A program made the translations under genes and the position numbers. This document shows, piece after piece, positions 62,182 to 64,000 of a stretch of 64,000 nt of DNA (position 1 is its first letter; each line of letters starts with the position of its first letter). Source of the DNA: Gammaproteobacteria bacterium (GTDB lineage Bacteria; Pseudomonadota; Gammaproteobacteria; Steroidobacterales; Rariloculaceae); contig DATBLZ010000161.1 of the NCBI GenBank assembly GCA_036555065.1, forward strand, positions 10,531-74,530. Reading direction: 5' to 3'. The notes below the pieces were generated by a model. The model was not told the origin of the DNA. It saw only the letters and a program-made list of their open reading frames with translations, and did no database searches.

Positions 62182-63258
62182 TCAGAAGCGCCGCATGAAC
62201 GAGATGCTGCCCCACGTGAATCCGCGCGCGCCGGGGCCGTGCGCAATCTCCTGCGTCTGCGTGCGGATCGTGTAGCTCACACCGAGACCCGTCTTGAGCG
62301 TTGTTGCAACGCCGAGCCACGCTTCAACGAGCACGTGCTCGAGCTCGTCGGACGAGAACGTCACGTCGCTATGGCGTACCTGTCCTTGAAGGAACGCGTT
62401 GTAAAGGCGCGCACGCGCTTCGATGCCGACCTCGAAGACCACTCCACGGCTCGTCGCGGCGCCCGTATCGAACAGCGCCGCGAACGGCCGCTGTCCCGCG
62501 TAGTCGGCGGACAGCGGCGGCGCGCTCCACCACGGCACACGCAGCGGCCCCGAACGATAGGCGATCTCGGCGCTCACCTCCGTGATGTAGCCGATGCTCG
62601 CGCCGAGCCCGAACTGCACGGAGTATGGACGCTCTTCGCGCGCGCCGCTCCGGAGCAAGCGTTCTCTCGAAATGGCATACCTGAAGGTCGGCTCGCCGCC
62701 GTTGGATATCTGATGTGCGTAGCCGTTTGGCAACGGGCTCGAGAGCAGCACGTGGAGGTTGCGATGCAGCGCGCCGACGGCCGGCAGGCCGAGCAGCCCG
62801 ACCGTAAGCGAGGACTCGAGCGCGACGGCGCGGTCCGCGTCGAGCGCGAGCTTCGCGCCTGTCACGTACGCGAGCGTCGCGTACGGCCGATCGTCCGGGA
62901 GCGGCTGCTCGGCTTCGAGATCCCGAGGCGTGAACAACTGCAAACCGAACGCGACCGCGCGGCGCGCGCTCGCCGGATCCGAGCGGAGCCGGCCGAACCG
63001 TGTCACGTCGTCGACCCAGTCGAGCGCGCCGCCAAGCAACAGTGGGTGCGCGGCGGGATCTTCGTCGACTAAGGTGTACGCGAAGCCGGCGGTGTAGTCT
63101 TCGTCGCGCTGCGCGAGCGCGAGGAAGTCGTCGTCGATCTGTACGATCCAGGCGCGCTGCTCGCTTTCGCCGCCGATTGCCGCGCTCGGGTATGGCGCCG
63201 CGGCGAGCGCGCCGGCCGCGAGCGACGCAAGCCATCGGGCGCGTTGACGATCAATCAT
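62182..63258 (-). CDS. lpxR: Lipid A deacylase LpxR-family outer-membrane protein
   Basis: From the ATG at 63258: signal peptide, then IVQIDDDFLALAQRDEDYTAGFAY (the family DNDxF...D..YT.G block), beta-strand periodicity and a C-terminal Phe. Confidence 0.7.
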   Translation of the reverse strand: MIDRQRARWLASLAAGALAAAPYPSAAIGGESEQRAWIVQIDDDFLALAQRDEDYTAGFAYTLVDEDPAAHPLLLGGALDWVDDVTRFGRLRSDPASARRAVAFGLQLFTPRDLEAEQPLPDDRPYATLAYVTGAKLALDADRAVALESSLTVGLLGLPAVGALHRNLHVLLSSPLPNGYAHQISNGGEPTFRYAISRERLLRSGAREERPYSVQFGLGASIGYITEVSAEIAYRSGPLRVPWWSAPPLSADYAGQRPFAALFDTGAATSRGVVFEVGIEARARLYNAFLQGQVRHSDVTFSSDELEHVLVEAWLGVATTLKTGLGVSYTIRTQTQEIAHGPGARGFTWGSISFMRRF

Positions 63259-63428
63259 GGCTCGAACGACCAAGAGTGGAACGCTACCACGCATCCGTTG
63301 CTACGGGGAGCGGTGAGACGGTCGACGCCTTGCTCGATCGTGTTCCGTGACGTTCGTTACGGAAACCGTGACCAAAACCGTGACGCGTGTCGCGACGGAC
63401 TCGAACTACCCGCGCGAAAGTATTACGC

Positions 63429-63662
63429 ATGAACATGCCAACCACCCGCAGCAACGCCGAGGCCATCGCGCGCGCCCGCGGTTACGCCGTCACGGTCGAG
63501 GACGGCCGCATCGCGATCCACACGCGCGACGGAGAACTGGTGCATCGCACGACGAAGTGGGCGGCCGCACTGCAGTTCCTGCTCGAAGCGCCGCGCCTCG
63601 GCAACGTTGCCGCGCCGCAGGGCCGGCCCTCTGCCGGCAGCGGTAACGCGCCGTCGCGCTAA
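63429..63662 (+). CDS. Small hypothetical protein
   Basis: 77 aa from the ATG at 63429 (MNMPTTRSNAEAIARARGYAVTVEDGRIAIHTRDGELVH...). No family is recognised, and it could be a non-coding shadow ORF. Confidence 0.3.
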   Translation: MNMPTTRSNAEAIARARGYAVTVEDGRIAIHTRDGELVHRTTKWAAALQFLLEAPRLGNVAAPQGRPSAGSGNAPSR

Positions 63663-64000
63663 TCGCCGGCTGCGAGCTCGAGGCGCAGCGGCACGCGCGC
63701 GGATTCCCCTTCCGTCGCCTGCGGCTCGAGTATCGAATAACGAGCTTCGGGCAGCCGCGCCTCCACGGACAGATAATCGGTCGCCGCGCGAGCGCGGCTC
63801 ATCGCCAGGTCGTTGAGCGCTCCTTCGGGCAGGGGGAACGCCTCGATGAGCTCCTCGCGCAGCGCGTTCGCGAGCGTCGTCTCATCCAAGCGCGCGGGAA
63901 CCGCGGGCGTTGCGCTCGTCGCCGGTTGCGCGGCAGTCGTATTCGCCACCCGCAGCGCGGTCAAGCGTTCGGCTGGGAATTGCTCGAGAAACAGCATTTC
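63659..64000 (-). CDS. C-terminal end of a larger hypothetical protein (5' part lies outside the window)
   Basis: The frame is open to the window edge, and the track Met at 63997 is probably internal. It ends ...ARYSILEPQATEGESARVPLRLELAAGD. Confidence 0.4.
   Translation of the reverse strand, partial: EMLFLEQFPAERLTALRVANTTAAQPATSATPAVPARLDETTLANALREELIEAFPLPEGALNDLAMSRARAATDYLSVEARLPEARYSILEPQATEGESARVPLRLELAAGD

Noticed and set aside
1-64000. Many long ORFs in the six-frame track that lie antisense to, or out of frame with, recognisable genes. Examples: 24887..26149(-) 420 aa, 58268..59695(-) 475 aa, 43965..45098(-) 377 aa, 21224..22108(-) 294 aa, 39947..41314(+) 455 aa, 3839..4975(+) 378 aa.
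   Set aside because: Their translations are Arg/Ala/Pro/Gly-rich and low in complexity, as expected for shadow frames in high-GC DNA. Each overlaps a gene with a clear family signature.
1-64000. CRISPR arrays, rRNA genes, IS elements or transposases.
   Set aside because: I found no regularly spaced direct repeats, no rRNA-like sequence and no transposase- or integrase-like ORF. The only mobile element is the dnaB intein. The only repeat families are the REP-like hairpins and the 78-nt direct repeat.

Overview
This is a high-GC chromosomal window. Gene order looks gammaproteobacterial: dapA with a small lipoprotein, gcvR-bcp, rpsP-rimM-trmD-rplS, rpsF-rpsR-x-rplI-dnaB and rnr-rlmB, plus REP-like hairpin repeats. 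Because of the GC content, the six-frame track is full of long shadow ORFs. I called genes by recognisable protein families and re-trimmed many starts.

Positions 1-45 kb are mostly core genes:
- sugar and EPS genes (gmd, an AsnB-like amidotransferase, a GT4 glycosyltransferase)
- alkB, bactofilin and hflKC
- a complete Rrf2-sufBCDS-sufU-sufT operon
- sppA
- a TatT-type TRAP transporter joined directly to the trmD-rplS operon
- ffh and radA
- a Ser/Thr kinase, PP2C phosphatase and FHA-protein triad
- dnaB interrupted by a 421-aa intein
- rnr-rlmB and tRNA-Leu(CAG)

Downstream of the tRNA (about 45.2-61.9 kb) the content becomes accessory and partly decayed.

The most interesting signal is an RNA-end-processing theme with no ligase. 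RtcA is transcribed divergently from a PEBP gene. That PEBP gene is followed by a 640-aa fusion of a Clp1/Grc3-like polynucleotide kinase to an RNase Z-like metallo-beta-lactamase. Nearby are a stand-alone THUMP protein, an HPF-cold-shock fusion and an archease gene that needs two compensating frameshifts. No rtcB is present.

Other notable observations:
- a roughly 78-nt imperfect direct repeat brackets the 4.1-kb THUMP-to-rtcA block
- two gene remnants (MBL-fold and DJ-1/PfpI) sit next to the fusion gene
- a start-less BON fragment lies in an AT-rich scar beside the tRNA
- an ADOP/MacB-like permease is truncated at its 5' end
- a Met/Gln-rich secreted protein sits next to that permease

I saw no CRISPR array, rRNA, transposase or integrase.
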